Source of the DNA: Podarcis vaucheri
Taxonomy: Eukaryota
Length of the DNA: 64,000 nucleotides
NCBI GenBank assembly: GCA_965113315.1
Contig: OZ220364.1
Reading direction: 5' to 3' (one strand)
Made by a program: the position numbers and the translations under genes. Within the stretch, counting starts at the first letter, position 1. Each line of letters begins with the position of its first letter. The notes under the pieces were generated by a model. It was not told where the DNA came from. It saw only the letters and a program-made list of their open reading frames with translations, and did no database searches. Below, one piece after another: positions 48,483 to 62,100 of this stretch.

Positions 48483-48795
48483 GTTACAGGTAGGTAGCCG
48501 TGTTGGTCTGCCGCAGTCGAAACAAAATAAAAAAATTCCTTCCAGTAGCACCTTAGAGACCAACTAAGTTTGTTATTGGTATGACCTTTCATGTCCATGC
48601 ACACTTCTTCAGATACACTGAAACAGAAGTCACCAGACCCTCATATATAGTGAGAGGGTGGGGAGGGTCAACAGGTTTACCACACCTATCAGCCAATCAC
48701 CCATTCCCACCACCCTTCTGAGTAATACCCCTCCCCACCCTCTCAACTTAGTTGGTCTCTAAGGTGCTACTGGAAGGAATTTTTTTGTTTTGTTT
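48483..48795 (-). mobile_element. Penelope-like element fragment with inverted terminal segment and hammerhead-like core
   Basis: Same terminus as 20523; 48746-48795 is an inverted copy of about 48520-48570; 13-bp flanking repeat CAAACAAGGGAGA; CTGAAGA..GAAA on minus; a further short piece at about 53977-54008. Confidence 0.75.
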
Positions 48796-50363
48796 CAAAC
48801 AAGGGAGATGAATGAATGAGCTTGGGGGCTTTATGTTTTGTACAACTCTGCTCCTGGCACCCCTTTTTTTGCACAAACAGGAGGAGGGCAGAATCAGCAC
48901 AAGTGGCCCAGCTCAAAACAGAAGAGAGTACCTCTTTTCTTGAGCGACTTTCCCCACCCAGCATATAGTAAGTATAAGATAAACCAGACACAAGGGAAGC
49001 TGCTGTTGGGATACAGTAAAGTCTACCAAAGGGCAACTGGGTGATGTGAATTATGTGCAATATTTGTGTTAATGCTGTCTCCAAAATAGCACTTGCTTCT
49101 TGATAAGTTGATTGGTACCACACCACAGCTCAAGGGACAGGGGGGAAAAACACTCAGTGATCATTCAGGTGATCATTCAGAGTTGTCTTCATCAGCAGGA
49201 TCCACTGAAACAACTCTGAAGAAACACAAGCACATTCACAAGCAATTCCTAACCCCTAGTTTTCCTAATGGAGTCCTTGATGAGATTTTCAAGGACACAC
49301 TTTCTTGAAATCAACAAAAGCCACCTCCTGCCAGAATACCAGCAGAAAAAAAGACCAGGCAGGTCTTTTTCAGGGTATGTGGAGTGGATATTGGCCCACA
49401 GTGCTCTTCAGAGGGAACTCTACAAAGGTATATTTGAAAATAGCAGTTCAGGAATCTGGTACAATAATGAAGTATGCACCATTGTCTACATGAGATGATG
49501 CCCCTGGGATTTGAGCGTCGATGAAAAGAATAGTGTTTTTGCAAGGCAGATAGAAAGACACTAACTCTGAGAAGAAGGTACCAATAAAGCACACATGGGA
49601 ACACACAAACCAGATTCACACAGCTTTTTTTTTTTTTTAAGGAAAAGCCTCGTTTTAATGTTATGGTTGGAATGGCTGTGAATGGGGTCCATCTGAGCTT
49701 CTCTTTCATCTCTATTCCTTTGATTGTGAGGGTACAACTCCTTTGTGGACCATGAATCCCTAGTTCCATCCCATGCAGGTTTATTAGACTCCTTTTCCTC
49801 TCTCTACTAGTTTTTCCATGTAACGGTTATAGCTCTAAGTAATCATTTTTAAATCGGAGTCTAAATCTCCTTTACGTTCTTACCTAGATGAAAGCCCCAC
49901 TAAACTCAACTAGATTTTTTTCCTGAGTACACATTGATAAGATTGCACTGTAAATGTGTTTGCAGCTTACATGATCTGCACTTTCAAGATCCAATCACAA
50001 ACTTTTAGAATCTAGCATTTTCCTTCATCTGAATGATGAATGCAATGTATTGTTATTTTTCTCTCTGTCATACTCTCTCCCTCTCTTCCATTCCATCCCA
50101 ACTAATCAAATCCATACATAAACAGTTATTGATAGGGCATGTGTGAAATGGACTTAAAACCAGCTCACAGCTAATGCTGCATAAAAGTCATCAAAATGAG
50201 GACTAGAAACAGCAAACACAGTTTAGCTGGCTAGTGCGCCCCCATAAAAAACAACCAGGCTGCAAACCAGTCCCAAGGAAAAAGATTGGATGCATTTTTG
50301 CTAAAGGAAGATGATGTTTGACCTGTGAATACATCTTCATTTGAGGGTGATAACAGATGAATA

Positions 50364-50686
50364 AAAAAGGTAAAGGGACCCCTGACCATTAGGTCCAGTT
50401 ATGACCGACTGGGGTTGCGGTGCTCATCTCACTTCCGGGTAATGTGGCCAGCATGACTAAGCCGCTTCTGGCGAACCAGAGCAGCGCACGGAAATGCCGT
50501 TTACCTTCCCGCCAGAGCGGTACCTATTTATCTATTTGCACTTTTGACGTGCTTTCGAACTGCTAGGTTGGCAGGAGCAGGGACCAAGCAACGGGAGCTC
50601 ACCCTGTCGTGGGGATTTGATCCGCCGACCTTCTGATCGGCAAGTCCTAGGCTCTGTGGTTTAACCCACAGCACCACCCACGTCCC
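50364..50686 (-). mobile_element. Sauria SINE (Squam1)
   Basis: Minus strand starts GGGACGTGGGTGGTGCTGTGGGTTAAACCAC, has a B-box and ends CCCTTTACCTTTT; 12-bp TSD AACAGATGAATA. Confidence 0.9.
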
Positions 50687-50790
50687 AACAGATGAATAGG
50701 AGCACTTAAATTCCTTTAAACTTTCAGCAACCAAGTGCCATCTGCATGAAGTGAGCATTCTAGCGTGTAATCTGCTTACTATGAAGAATA

Positions 50791-51323
50791 CAGTGGTGCC
50801 TCGCAAGACGAAATTAATTTGTTCCGCAAGTCTCTTCGTCTTGCAAGTTTTTCGTCTTGCGATGCACGGTTTCCCATAGGAATGCATTGAAAATCAATTA
50901 ATGCGTTCCTAGGGAAACCGCCTTCAGACAGTCTGTCCCCGGACCTCTTCTGAAGGCTGGGGGGGGGGGACAAGGGCTTTTCTTCCCACCCCCAGCATTT
51001 TAAAAAACCCCGGGACAGCGGAGGACTTCTCCGCTGTCCGGGCGATCTTAAAATGCTGGCAGGCGCAAACCCCACAAACCCTTGCTTCAAAAGAGGTCCG
51101 GGGGCAGCGCGAAGCGCTTCCCGCTGCCCCTGGACCTCTTTTGAAGCAAGGGGCTGCGGGGAGATCGCTTCAAAAGAGAAGACCCGCTGTCCCCGGGGCA
51201 AGCTTCGTTTTGCGAAGCAAGCCCATAGGAAAATTCGTCTTGCGAGGCAACTCGAAAACGAAAAAACCTTTCGTTTTGCGAGTTTTTCGTCTCGCGAGGC
51301 GTTCGTCTTGCGGGGTACCACTG
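50791..51323. mobile_element. Tc1/mariner MITE, longer relative of the 15093/27836 family
   Basis: TA|CAGTGGTGCCTCGCAAGACG...CGTCTTGCGGGGTACCACTG|TA with a different GC-rich interior. Confidence 0.9.
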
Positions 51324-54090
51324 TACATACTTATCCTCCTGAAGTGTAAACATGCCAATCTATTCCTGCATGCTATCAATGCCTGCCCTCTGCTTCCACA
51401 CACTCCTCCCAAAATGCCCCACCAATGCCACATTTCCCCACCATCACCACCCCTTCTTGCAAGTGCATCCTCCTCCACCACCACCTCCCATGTTTTTCGT
51501 GATGCTTCACACTAAAAAGTCCCCAGAAGAGCAATGTCAGCCAAATACTTATTTTGCACGACAGATGCTAGACAGAAGCAACTGGGAGGACCTGTGATAT
51601 GGAACAGGCAGATCCACATGTTCTGCATGATAACAGAGACAACAGGAAGGTGGAGCTGTTTATTTGTGTTTGCATATTGTGAGACTTTGGAAGGAAGCTG
51701 CCTAGATATGAGAAGAGGCAGGGAAACCGTGCAATGAAATTATTAAAAAACAAATACTTTCAGTAATGCTCTAATGCTCCCTTCTGGCATCACTAGCTTC
51801 TGCTGGAATCCACAGGCTACTTTTTCAGCTGCAATCCAGAACCTTCTAATGGGCTTATTTCCCCCAGTAATGCACAACAATTGCACAGCATCTTTTTAGA
51901 TACAATCCATCTTTTAATTAGAGCTCTGCAACATGACCTGGTGGGATGTGGACAAAATACCTACCACCATTAAGAACATAGAGGACTGACAAATATACAA
52001 GAAAATTGCTGGAGACCTGACAGGGTGCTTGCCCCCAGGTTCATGTGCCTGATTGCAGAGAAGCAGGGCTGCACTACAACAAAACAAGAGAAGAGCACAC
52101 ATGAGTCTGCTAGCAAAAGCATTTTAGCTCAGGATGAACGGAAATGGGACCAGACTGGGACAGAGGGTTGTCTTCTCAAACAGTCCCATCAACACGTCAC
52201 CTTCCAGGCATCCGATGTCCTGCCTCTGCTGAAATTAACAGCAAAGGTTCCAGCGATTTCACAGAAGGGAAGCCTCTCCCCCCACCCACCCACCCACGCA
52301 TAGCTTGTCCCCACCAAGACTACCTTAAATTTCCAAGATGACACACACAAGCACACCAGTTGTGAAAATTAAGAATTTTGCTCCAACATAAATGATTAAC
52401 TTTCTTGTTGTGGCGTAATGCACAAAGTGCCTCTGAGAATGAGCAGACTGCATTTCCCCAGAACTGAGGAACTGCTGCCTGCAATGAGAAACATGCAATC
52501 AAAGGGCAGGAAAGAGGATTCCAGGGCAGGTGACACAGCTTCCAGGAACCCTGATCACCTCACACTGTCTATGTGTATCCATCTCTTCTCTTTCCTCCTT
52601 TTCCCCCCTCCCACCCTCTTTTTAAAGCACTGTTGCATCTTCTTTCTATACAAAAGAAACACTCTATCCCTGCAATGTAGAAGTCCACCACTTCACCACC
52701 ACCCATGTCCTCAGCACACACATGAAAAGGCATTTAACTCCCTTCCTTCAGATGCCCATGCCCACCGTCTACTTAATTTTTGTCTTACTTTACCAGCGTT
52801 AAATCCAAGAATACAGGATGTAATAATAAATAAACCACCATGTACTGAATGCCTACCCACTTCACTGAGCAACAGCTATCTGTCCCCTTAACAGACAGAC
52901 ACAAGTATCTGTGAGGCTTTTGTGGGGGGGGGGGCTGTTTTCAGGTCATTAGCATGGCTCCCCTGTAAGATTAATCCCTCTTGCCACCATTCCATACAGA
53001 TGGAACAAAGTTTGTTCTCCAAGCACAAACTATCCAATCCAATACCGTCTTCTCACACACCTGCTCCTGACACTTTCCAAATAACCCTATTTCCCTCAAC
53101 TTTCAAGCTCCATCCCTTGCACCTCTCAATCCCCATCCCTTGTTGATCTTCAAGAAAATGTTTTTAGAGAGAAAGAGCTGCAGTAGGTCAGCTGGGCTGG
53201 AGACATCATTTGAAACAGGAGATCCAAAAAGATGAGGGGGGGGGAGAGAAGGGGGGCAGCATGGGGCGGATGCAGCAACTTCAAACACAGGACGGTCAGG
53301 TAGCAACACAACTTGCTGGCTCATGCTGCTTTCAAGCCTCTGGGAACTTCTGTGTAGCTGCATGCTTAATTTTACAAAGGCAGTGACAGGCAGGCTAAAG
53401 GAAGGTAGCATTGGCTATATTTGACTTGCTTCTGCCGTGCTGCGTGGAGTATTGATTGGGGGATTACTGCAGCTTGAGCCTGTGGCATGTTTACATGGAA
53501 ATAAGTCCCACTAACTGACAACTACACACTATTGGAAAAACTATGCCCCAGGCTCTCCCATAGCTCCATTGCTAGAGCATCTCAGCAATTCTCATTCACC
53601 AACGATTTACAGTTGATACTCTCAGGAAAGGAATGGGAAACTTCACAATTACATGGCAAACCTGGTTACTGCGGGATCACCAACAAATACGTAAATTGTG
53701 AGCCACATCCACACCACACATCTTCAAACAGCCACTTGCAGGTGCCTGGGAACCTGGACTGGGTTCCAGTTTAGTAGCATAGGTAAAAAAAATTAAGGCA
53801 CATGTACGCTACAAACATCATGCCGTCAAGTAACAACCTGTATGCACAGCTATCAGGCTTGTCACATGAGCGGAGTTGTTGTCCTACAAAAGTTAGCTAA
53901 AATTAATTCAGGAATCTAGGACCAAAGAATCTGACCTGCACACTAGGCAGTGCAGTGCTTACACTACCTTTAAGCTGTAGCACCTTAGAGACCAACTAAG
54001 TTTGTTCTGGATTGGTATCTTTGGTCTGCCCTGGATCTTTTAACCCTTTGGAATCCCCCAAAGAGTTAATTTCTCCCTATGTATACTTAC

Positions 54091-54343
54091 TATCCCCGAG
54101 GATCAGCTCAACTTCCTCATCAGCGTCAGAGTCTTCATCCTCTCCTTCATCTCCCTCTTCAAGCAGGTTGGCCAGCTCCTCATCGTCAGAAGGCGAGAAG
54201 TCGTTTTCTCCATCCTCTCCCGCATTCTCGTTGTTTTCCTCTTCCTCCAGATCAGCCTCTAGAAGCTGGTCAGTGTCCAGCTCGTCAAGGTCATCTGTGT
54301 CATCCTCATCCTCGTCGTCATCTTCTTCCTGTTCCTCCTCCTC
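54091..54343 (-). CDS. DCAF1: DCAF1 penultimate coding exon, acidic tail (EEEEQEEDDD...EEVELILGD)
   Basis: Within ORF 54077..54358; ctcttcag acceptor and A|gtaagt donor on minus; 253 nt, phase 0 to 1. Confidence 0.95.
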
Positions 54344-55602
54344 CTGAAGAGATATCAAGAAAAACCATTAGAATAAACAAAAACTGAAAGGGCTGAAAGC
54401 AACGTTGACAGAGATACATGTGCTGCCATTGGCTCCTCCTGAACAACAGCCCTCTACAGTTGTTACGCGAGCAAAAGGTTATATTAGCTAGCACCACATG
54501 GCCTTTGTATGTGCTTCTCAATTCAACAGAAGCCTGACTACCTTGAACTAGTCAGTACAATATTTTAAAAGCTGTTATTTGCAACACAGCAAAAGACAAC
54601 ACAGAACAGGATATTTGGCAAAGAACCTAAGGAGCTTAATCTGGTTTTGCCCTATATAACATCAATCCCATTCAAGGTGAAATAATAAGGAGAGAGAGGT
54701 TTTGTGAATGAGAGGGTGATCCTGAGTGTGGGTTTTGTCGTCATTGATCTCCGTTATGTCCTAATGAGGAAAATAACCGTACTAGAGACAGGCACTGACA
54801 AATTTCTTCTGCTTTCCACACATGGCTACTTCCCACTGATGAGAAGAAAAGGCAATCTGCATACACACAAACTGAATGCCACCCATTTGCTAAGATTAAT
54901 TGCTAACAGAGATAAGGGTTCCTAGAACTAGGTTTCCAATGGCCCTTCTTCTCAACAAGGTCATCAGGACTTGTTAGAATATAGTAGGCTCGTAACATAC
55001 ATTCTGGGTGGTCCACGTGCAAAGGCAACATTGTGCAAAGTCAGAATGACACCCAGAGCCACCCCTGCCATTTGAAATCTCTCAAGATCAGGGCCATCCA
55101 AGATCTCATGAGACGGCCCCACAAAATTTCACTGGAGCATCCCAGAGGCCTTGTGTGACCATCCCACAGCCCTGGAAGCAAAGCTTGAAAAACTGTTTCT
55201 GCCGTTGCATGTTATTCATATATCATTTTAAAAAGGTTGTTTCAGATGGCCTTGTGAGATCTAACAAGAGGCTCCAGAGCCCAGGAAGCAAGGGTCTCCT
55301 GCTTGCTTGCTTTGTTTGCAATCCACCTGAACCTGCAATCACCTAAGAAAAATAAGCGTTAGTTGCTGGCTATTGTAATTAAAAGATTCACACCTGAAGT
55401 TTTATGTCACCCTGTTCAGCACGCACCTTCTTCAAGACTGCATACAGACACACGGACAAAGCTGAAGTGACAGGCATTATGCACTCCAAAACTCATACTC
55501 TAAGCACAATCCGGTAACGTACAATCAATGACAGCAAATAGTGATTTAAGTTTTATTTATGGCATATATTCAAATCTCACAAGCCTTCAACAAATGCACA
55601 CT

Positions 55603-55812
55603 AGAATCATAGAACTGTAGAGCTGGAAGGGACCCCAGGGGTCATCTAGTCCAACCCCCTGCAATGCAGAAATCTCCGCTAAAGCTTCCATGACACATGG
55701 CCATCCAGCCTCTACTTCGAAACCTCCAAGGAAGGAGGGTCCACAAACTCCTGAGGGAGACAGTTCCAATGCTGAACAACTCTGACAATCAGAAAGTTCT
55801 TCCTGATGTTAC
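55603..55812 (-). mobile_element. CR1 LINE 3' end; shorter copy at about 62150-62212
   Basis: Minus strand encodes NIRKNFLIVRVVQHWNCLPQEFVDPPSLEVSK (CR1 ORF2 C-terminus) and ends TTCTATGATTCT. Confidence 0.85.
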
Positions 55813-57082
55813 AAGAAAGGAGATTCCGATTAAACAAGCTTACAAGTTTCTCAGTGAAACACACCCTTGTTTGGTCAAGAATATACCAAGCACCCTCTGT
55901 GGAAAAACGTCTGGCCAAGTCTTTTTCAGCTTGCAGAGAAACAGGATTGAGTCAAGGACATCCCATTTAGTAATACTGCATCCTGAATCCTGAATTGCAC
56001 AAGAATCAGATATATATATGTAAAGAAAAGCATACCTCAGGTGATGAGAAGAAAGCAGATCTCCCCATACTATGGTATTCCTATATACTTTGTTTCCATA
56101 CAACTGACCATCTCACAAGGCAAAAAACAGCATGTCCTAATCACAAAATTATTAACCAAAGGGAACACCTCAGACTAGAAATGCCTCCCAACAATACTGG
56201 TTGGTAGAAGAAAAGGTTTTAGAATCCATGTCTTGGAAGAGGAGACGGATGCCTCTTTGGAGAGAAACTTATCTTCCTAGGCCTACTGGTAAACCACAAG
56301 TTGTACCGTACAAATAAAAATCTGGCTTTTGAACCATAGGCGAAAAATAACACTTAGTAGTTGTATAGTACTACATCTCCCAAGCACTCCCAAACACTTC
56401 CTGCACAATACATCTGAATAAGAAGTCTTCATAGTTCCTTTATGTTTCTTCTAGACCCTATAGCAACATAGAGTTGGATCCAGACATAGTGAAAACCCAC
56501 TGAAATCAATGAAACTTGTTTGTAAAGGATAGCTTTTTAAGTCTCACTGGTTTTAACAAGTCTACTATGTATGACTAACTCTGCATTCAACCCATAGTAT
56601 GTACATAAAGTCACCTTGCGAGAGTTTCTCTAGTCAAACAGCTCCTGAAAAATACCAAGTTTCAGGAAAATCAATTCCCTTTCTACCATGACCTCTTCTT
56701 TTATCCTAATTTATGTTTCCCTCCATTAACTGGGGCTTAAAATTATTCTGTAATACTGAGTCTATATTCCTTCTATAGCTTAACTGTTCTCTGCTAAACT
56801 ATTTTTATGAGAATGTGACTCTTATTTTATAAAGCATCATTTTCCACCCTTTTGGTCTCTTGAGAACTCTAGGGAAGACATAAAATTCTTAACAGCAGAT
56901 GGAACATACAACAACGGAACAGAGGTTCCTCAACACATTTGACCACAATTTCACCTGGCTTCATTTGTGGTCTACATTAGGTAAGTCCACACAAACAACA
57001 ATTCTCTCACATGCAGTGTTGTGCAAACGGAGACCTAGCCTGTTAGTGCCAAGCGTGCCTGGGCCCATCGATAATGAAATTA

Positions 57083-57342
57083 CAGTATTTTTCGCTCTAT
57101 AAGACGCACCAGACCACAAGACGCACCTAGTTTTTGGAGGAAGAAAACAAGAAAAAAAATTATTCTGAATCTCAGAAGCCAGAACAGCAAGAGGGATGGC
57201 TGCGCAGTGAAAGCAGCAATCCCTCTTGCTGTTCTGGCTTCTGGGATAGCTGCGCAGCCTTCATTCGCTCCATAAGACGCACACACATTTCCCCTTACTT
57301 TTTAGGAGGGAAAAAGTGAGTCTTATAGAGCAAAAAATATGG
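57083..57342. mobile_element. Tc2/pogo-type MITE related to 1390-1710
   Basis: CAGTATTTTTCGCTCTATAAGAC...GTCTTATAGAGCAAAAAATATGG inverted termini. Confidence 0.75.
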
Positions 57343-58866
57343 CACTTCTTCTGACTTCTTTTGCTGTAAGAGACTAATACAGCTACTCTTCTGGAATTGC
57401 ATTTTCAGCTGCTGGTGCTTCTAACAAATAATTCCATGCCCAACATTTCTGGAGCCCTGGAGCCAACACAATGTTCACCAAAGCACAAAAGCCCTGAGAT
57501 AAGAATACTTTGGTTCCTATTTGACAAAGGATATATTGTGCATTATTATGGATACAGTAGCCTGAATAAAATATGGTATAGGGCTTATATTTAATTTTAT
57601 TCCTACCCATTTAGGATAAATTTTGTCACTTCCGAATTTAAGTTCTTTAATTAAGGGATGCAATAAGACCCCCCCCTTTCAATAGGTATCATATATTGGG
57701 GGAGAAGAGATAACATATGCTGGCCAGTGCATGATCAAGTACGGGTGCCTCTCACACGAAGAAGCCTAGGTGAGACACAGGCTTATGCATGTTATCTCCC
57801 CATCCTCCCCCACTTAACATTTGGCCTCAGGTTCAGAAGAGACAAAAGATTTTGCTTCTACTTTCAGTAAACGGCCATTAAATGTTATGTCCAAACCTCA
57901 ACAAATTGTGATTAGTCTTAACTAGAGTCTCCTGAAACAAATCGAATCCAAACCTTGTGTTTCAATAAACCATAGTTAAGATCAACTACAGGCTAGGATT
58001 CAAACATAACAGTAAACCATCGTTCCTCAACCATCAGTTCCCATTTGTTGTTGGAGTACAACCACTATCTCCTCAGCCAGTATGGTCAACAGTCCGGAAT
58101 GATGGAAGCTGCAGTCTAACATCAGGGAACCCAAAGTTGGGGAATACTGTGGTTAACTGAAAACAGAACTAAAAGCTTCCAATCGCCTTGCAACCATGCT
58201 GGAGGAAGAGAGGTGAGAGAGGGAGCACGTAAGCCCAAAGTTCATGAATGTAACTGTAAACCATGGGTTATTGCTACATCCAAACCATCTGCAGCCAGTA
58301 AAACCAATTATTCTGCTTTTACAGACATACACAACTACACATACACATCTGTGTGTACCAGCCTGTATATATCTATACATAAAATACAAATGGAGTTCCT
58401 TCAGAGAATGTGTTTTTACTATTATGTCATACGTTCCAATCTGCAATAAATGAATTCAATTTCATATGAAGTTTGTTATCCTTCATTTAATCACAATGTA
58501 TGTTCAACTTAATGGCTGCCCTAAAAGGTGAGGTGGAAATGTATTAAATAAAACTCTGCCCTCTCTGAATAGTCTTATTGCTTTTCCAGTACTAAAGAAT
58601 AAACGTTATTGTTACTTTCCTTCCTGTGTCTTTCCCAAACCTTACTGTGGAGGCATGAATACCCAGGAAAAAAATGGGAATGGGTGGGGGAGAGAAACAG
58701 TTCCCCTCCCCCCAAGCCTTCACAACTCTACCTTATCCCTAATCCTTTCCTCACCCCACACCAAGTTTGAGTTCATTTGCTTCTTTGATCATTATAGAAT
58801 GTCCTCCAGACAAAAATATTTTAGTGGCTTTTTTTTTTTTTACCTTTAGCTTTCAAAATCCAAGTA

Positions 58867-59126
58867 AAGTCATACCTCATGTTATGTTTGCTTCATGTTA
58901 CGTTCTTTCAGGTTACATCCCGCAGCGACCCAGAAGTTCTGGAAAGGGTTACTTCCGGTTTTCGCCGCTTGCGCATGCGCAGAAGCGCAAAATGACGTCA
59001 CGCACATGCACAGAAGTGGCGAATCGCAACCCGCACATGCGCAGACGCGCCACTGAGGGTTGCGCTCTTCTCATGTTGCGAACGGGCCTCTGGAACGGAT
59101 CCCATTTGCAACCAGAGGGACCACTG
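58867..59126. mobile_element. Tigger-like Tc1/mariner MITE
   Basis: Right end AGAGGGACCACTG|TA, degenerate left end TA|AAGTCATACCTC; interior with repeated gcgcatgcgcaga motifs. Confidence 0.7.
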
Positions 59127-62100
59127 TATACATGCAAATTCCTCATGGGTCATTGAAAGCAAGACGCAGAACTGACTAGGCATATTAGTACACGTTAAGC
59201 AAGATTCTTACCATAGGCTTCTATGCAGACCCAGAAGACATGGATAGATGGGACACACGCAACACAGCAAACAATTTGTCATAGGTACCAAATTGGGGTG
59301 AAGAGATAAAACACAGTTATTCCCATTCTACAGCTTTAGCCAGTTAAAACAGTAACTACTTATCTACCGTAAGTTGCAAAAGTTGTTTCGATATGTAACA
59401 CACGTTTTGCCTTTATTTTAGGCAGCAAATTCAGGGAGTGACCCTTAGCCCAAAGGCAGAGTGTGTCTGTTGTGCCTGGAGAAGGTTCAGTCCCAGGCAG
59501 CCTCTCCAGTTAGAAGGACCAGGTAGCAGCAGGCAAGGTAATATCCTGATACCCTGGAGAGTGACTACCAACCTGTGCAGACAGCACTGAGCTATACAGA
59601 CAAATAGCTTCATCTGATATAGGACAGCATCTGATGCTCCCAGACAAGGCAAACCTAAGGCCAACCTTTTATCCCCCCCCCCCAAAAAAACCCCACACAC
59701 TCATAATTCATAAATTAATACTAAACCAATTACATTTTTCAAAAGTCCTACACTACTAGCTTCACTTCTGTTAAATGTGTCAGGCATGCCTTTATACTGA
59801 AACTCTGCTACGGGATAAATCTGTTCAGTTTTTAAAAGTAATAGTTAACTGTGTGTAAAAAGTGATCCACAGTGAGCTAGTCGTTGAAAAACTAATATTT
59901 GGGCATTAAATGGTCAGTTGTGCATTGCTTGGATACTGTGCTCAATTTGGGATACTGTATCTTTAAATTTCCTGGAATTGTATGTGATTAAGTACACCTG
60001 TGGGTAGCCATTAGAGTTCTGCCAACAGTGTCAGCTTACTACACTGTTAAGTGATTGCTGATCAACTGCTAGTTTATGTACCTGTGGGGACAGTTTATTT
60101 GGTATGTGTTTATTATTTATTATTGGGTGTTTATCCAGCTTTGGGAAGGCAGATTGAGAGCTGTGGGAAGGGGCGTCAAATATTGCCAGAGGCTGCCCAA
60201 AAAGGCCTCAAGAGCTGCACATGGCCCTCAGGCCACACAGCAGACCACGCTGCTGTGGATATTCAGGCCTACCCTTTAGAGGTGCTATACTGTTTTCCTT
60301 TCGGAAAGGCAAAGTCTTAAGCATTCAAAGTCACCATTCTAGAGAAGAAAACATCCACCTACAAGTAACAAGCAATTAAGGTCCATAATCTAACAGTTCA
60401 GATGACAATACCCCTCACAAAAGTCTACTGTGCTACACCAAGCACAATGCCTCAATTCTCCCAATGAGAACGACATGGGTGAAAGGAAAAGAAGCCTTGA
60501 ATTACGGTGCACTGAAAAGGATTATGGGCTGGAACAGCTTGTCACAAGTGAGTGCATCTCTTGCTTAAGATGACCACCTGGTCTCTGCAATAAGAGGGAT
60601 TTTAGACTCACCTGCAGTTATCCATATCAAGTTCCTCAAACAGTTGCATTTATAAATAATTTGGATCTCTGCAAGGCTACCTACGTTAGCTACCTTTCCA
60701 TTCTAGCAGATGATAAAAAGGATGGGGCCATTCAGAATCATTTAACCCATAGCATGCTATTCTAGGAAAGGTGGTAGGACCTGGGTTTTTCTTGATCACT
60801 TTCATCAAAGCCCTGTGAGGCCCTAAGACGTCACCATGTCGTGCTTCAAAGGAAGGATTTATTGGCAGAAGTCAGGTAAGCCACATGCCTAGGCCCATTC
60901 CTTTTTGCCAACAAGCCCCCACTCTGCCTGAGCCACTTAACTGTACTGTATTATGCACGTTGAGCAAGACTGACGGGCAAGAGTGGCTGGATCTATGTAC
61001 CATTGTGGTAAAGTGGCCACACCAACTATTGCCACTATGGGAGCACCACAGAAACTGGGCTGCACTACAGAACAAGTTGGATGCTAAAACTCGGCTCTGC
61101 TGAGAATGCCCTGAACATGTGGAGAGTACCTTTCCAGTATTACTTAGTAACCAGCTATCCCACACTCTTGAGAACAGGGCGGTCTTCTAAGGCAAAGAAC
61201 TTGCTTCCAATTGGCATTGGATACTTGATGCAACCATTTAAACAGAAGAGTGGTCATGGCCAAGACTCATACCTCCCTCCACAGACTGAACATTATCCAG
61301 TTTCCGGGTTGCGTGTCAATAGCTGAACTATGGAAAAGGTTGATCTTGGCCACTGACATGATGCTCTTAAAGGCATATGTCTCCAAGGGATATGAAAGAA
61401 CTAAGGTGGAAGAAGCATCAGCACTTGCCTCTCTCTTGAAGCTGGCAATTTTCCTGACCTACTCCCCTGACCCCCAATACCTCCAACTGTAGATAGTGAA
61501 CAAAGCAAGATGGGGAAATCCTGTACCTAAAAGCTAGACAGAGGTTAGCGGGGGGGGGGGGGGCTTCAACTAATGGAGCCATACAGTACTAGGAACGATT
61601 CATCCACCCAAGGCCTACTTGATGGAAGAAGACCAAGATGATTCCAGACAGAACACTTTCAGAAACACTGGTAGTCCCCATTTCTCATCCCTGGCAGTCC
61701 AAATGGCAAATGAAGAGCTAGAAAAATTGGCACAGCTCCAAAGAGTTGTACAGGAAGCGGCAGGGAACACACCTCACAACACACAGCTCCTCTATTTTGT
61801 GATGTCTTATCTCTTCTTCCTTTCCAGTTTAGCTCTACACTATGTAATCACCTCTAGGCAATGCAGTAGCTAAGCTTTCTACATTGGCAGTGGGAGACAG
61901 CAAAACAGCTAGCAAAATAGCAGGAACAGAAACTACTAAGCTCTGATACAACTCTTAGCATTTTGGCTCCAAAAGACAACATCTCTCTTAAAATTAAAAA
62001 TAACTCTGAATACCTTGGAGAGCAGCAGTGGGGAAGTACCGAAAACATGTGGGGCTGAAATTGTAACTACAACTTGTAAGAACAGGGTTTACTAAAGCCT

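Noticed and set aside
50779-51515. ORFs up to 180 aa that might be a transposase
   Set aside because: They lie in a 533-bp MITE; no DDE/D or helix-turn-helix motif and too short
54012-54387. Ser-rich plus-strand ORFs
   Set aside because: Antisense shadow of the acidic DCAF1 exon
58940-59100. NRF1-like GCGCATGCGC and CRE TGACGTCA motifs suggesting an intronic promoter
   Set aside because: They are internal sequence of a Tigger-like MITE; no evidence of promoter use from sequence alone
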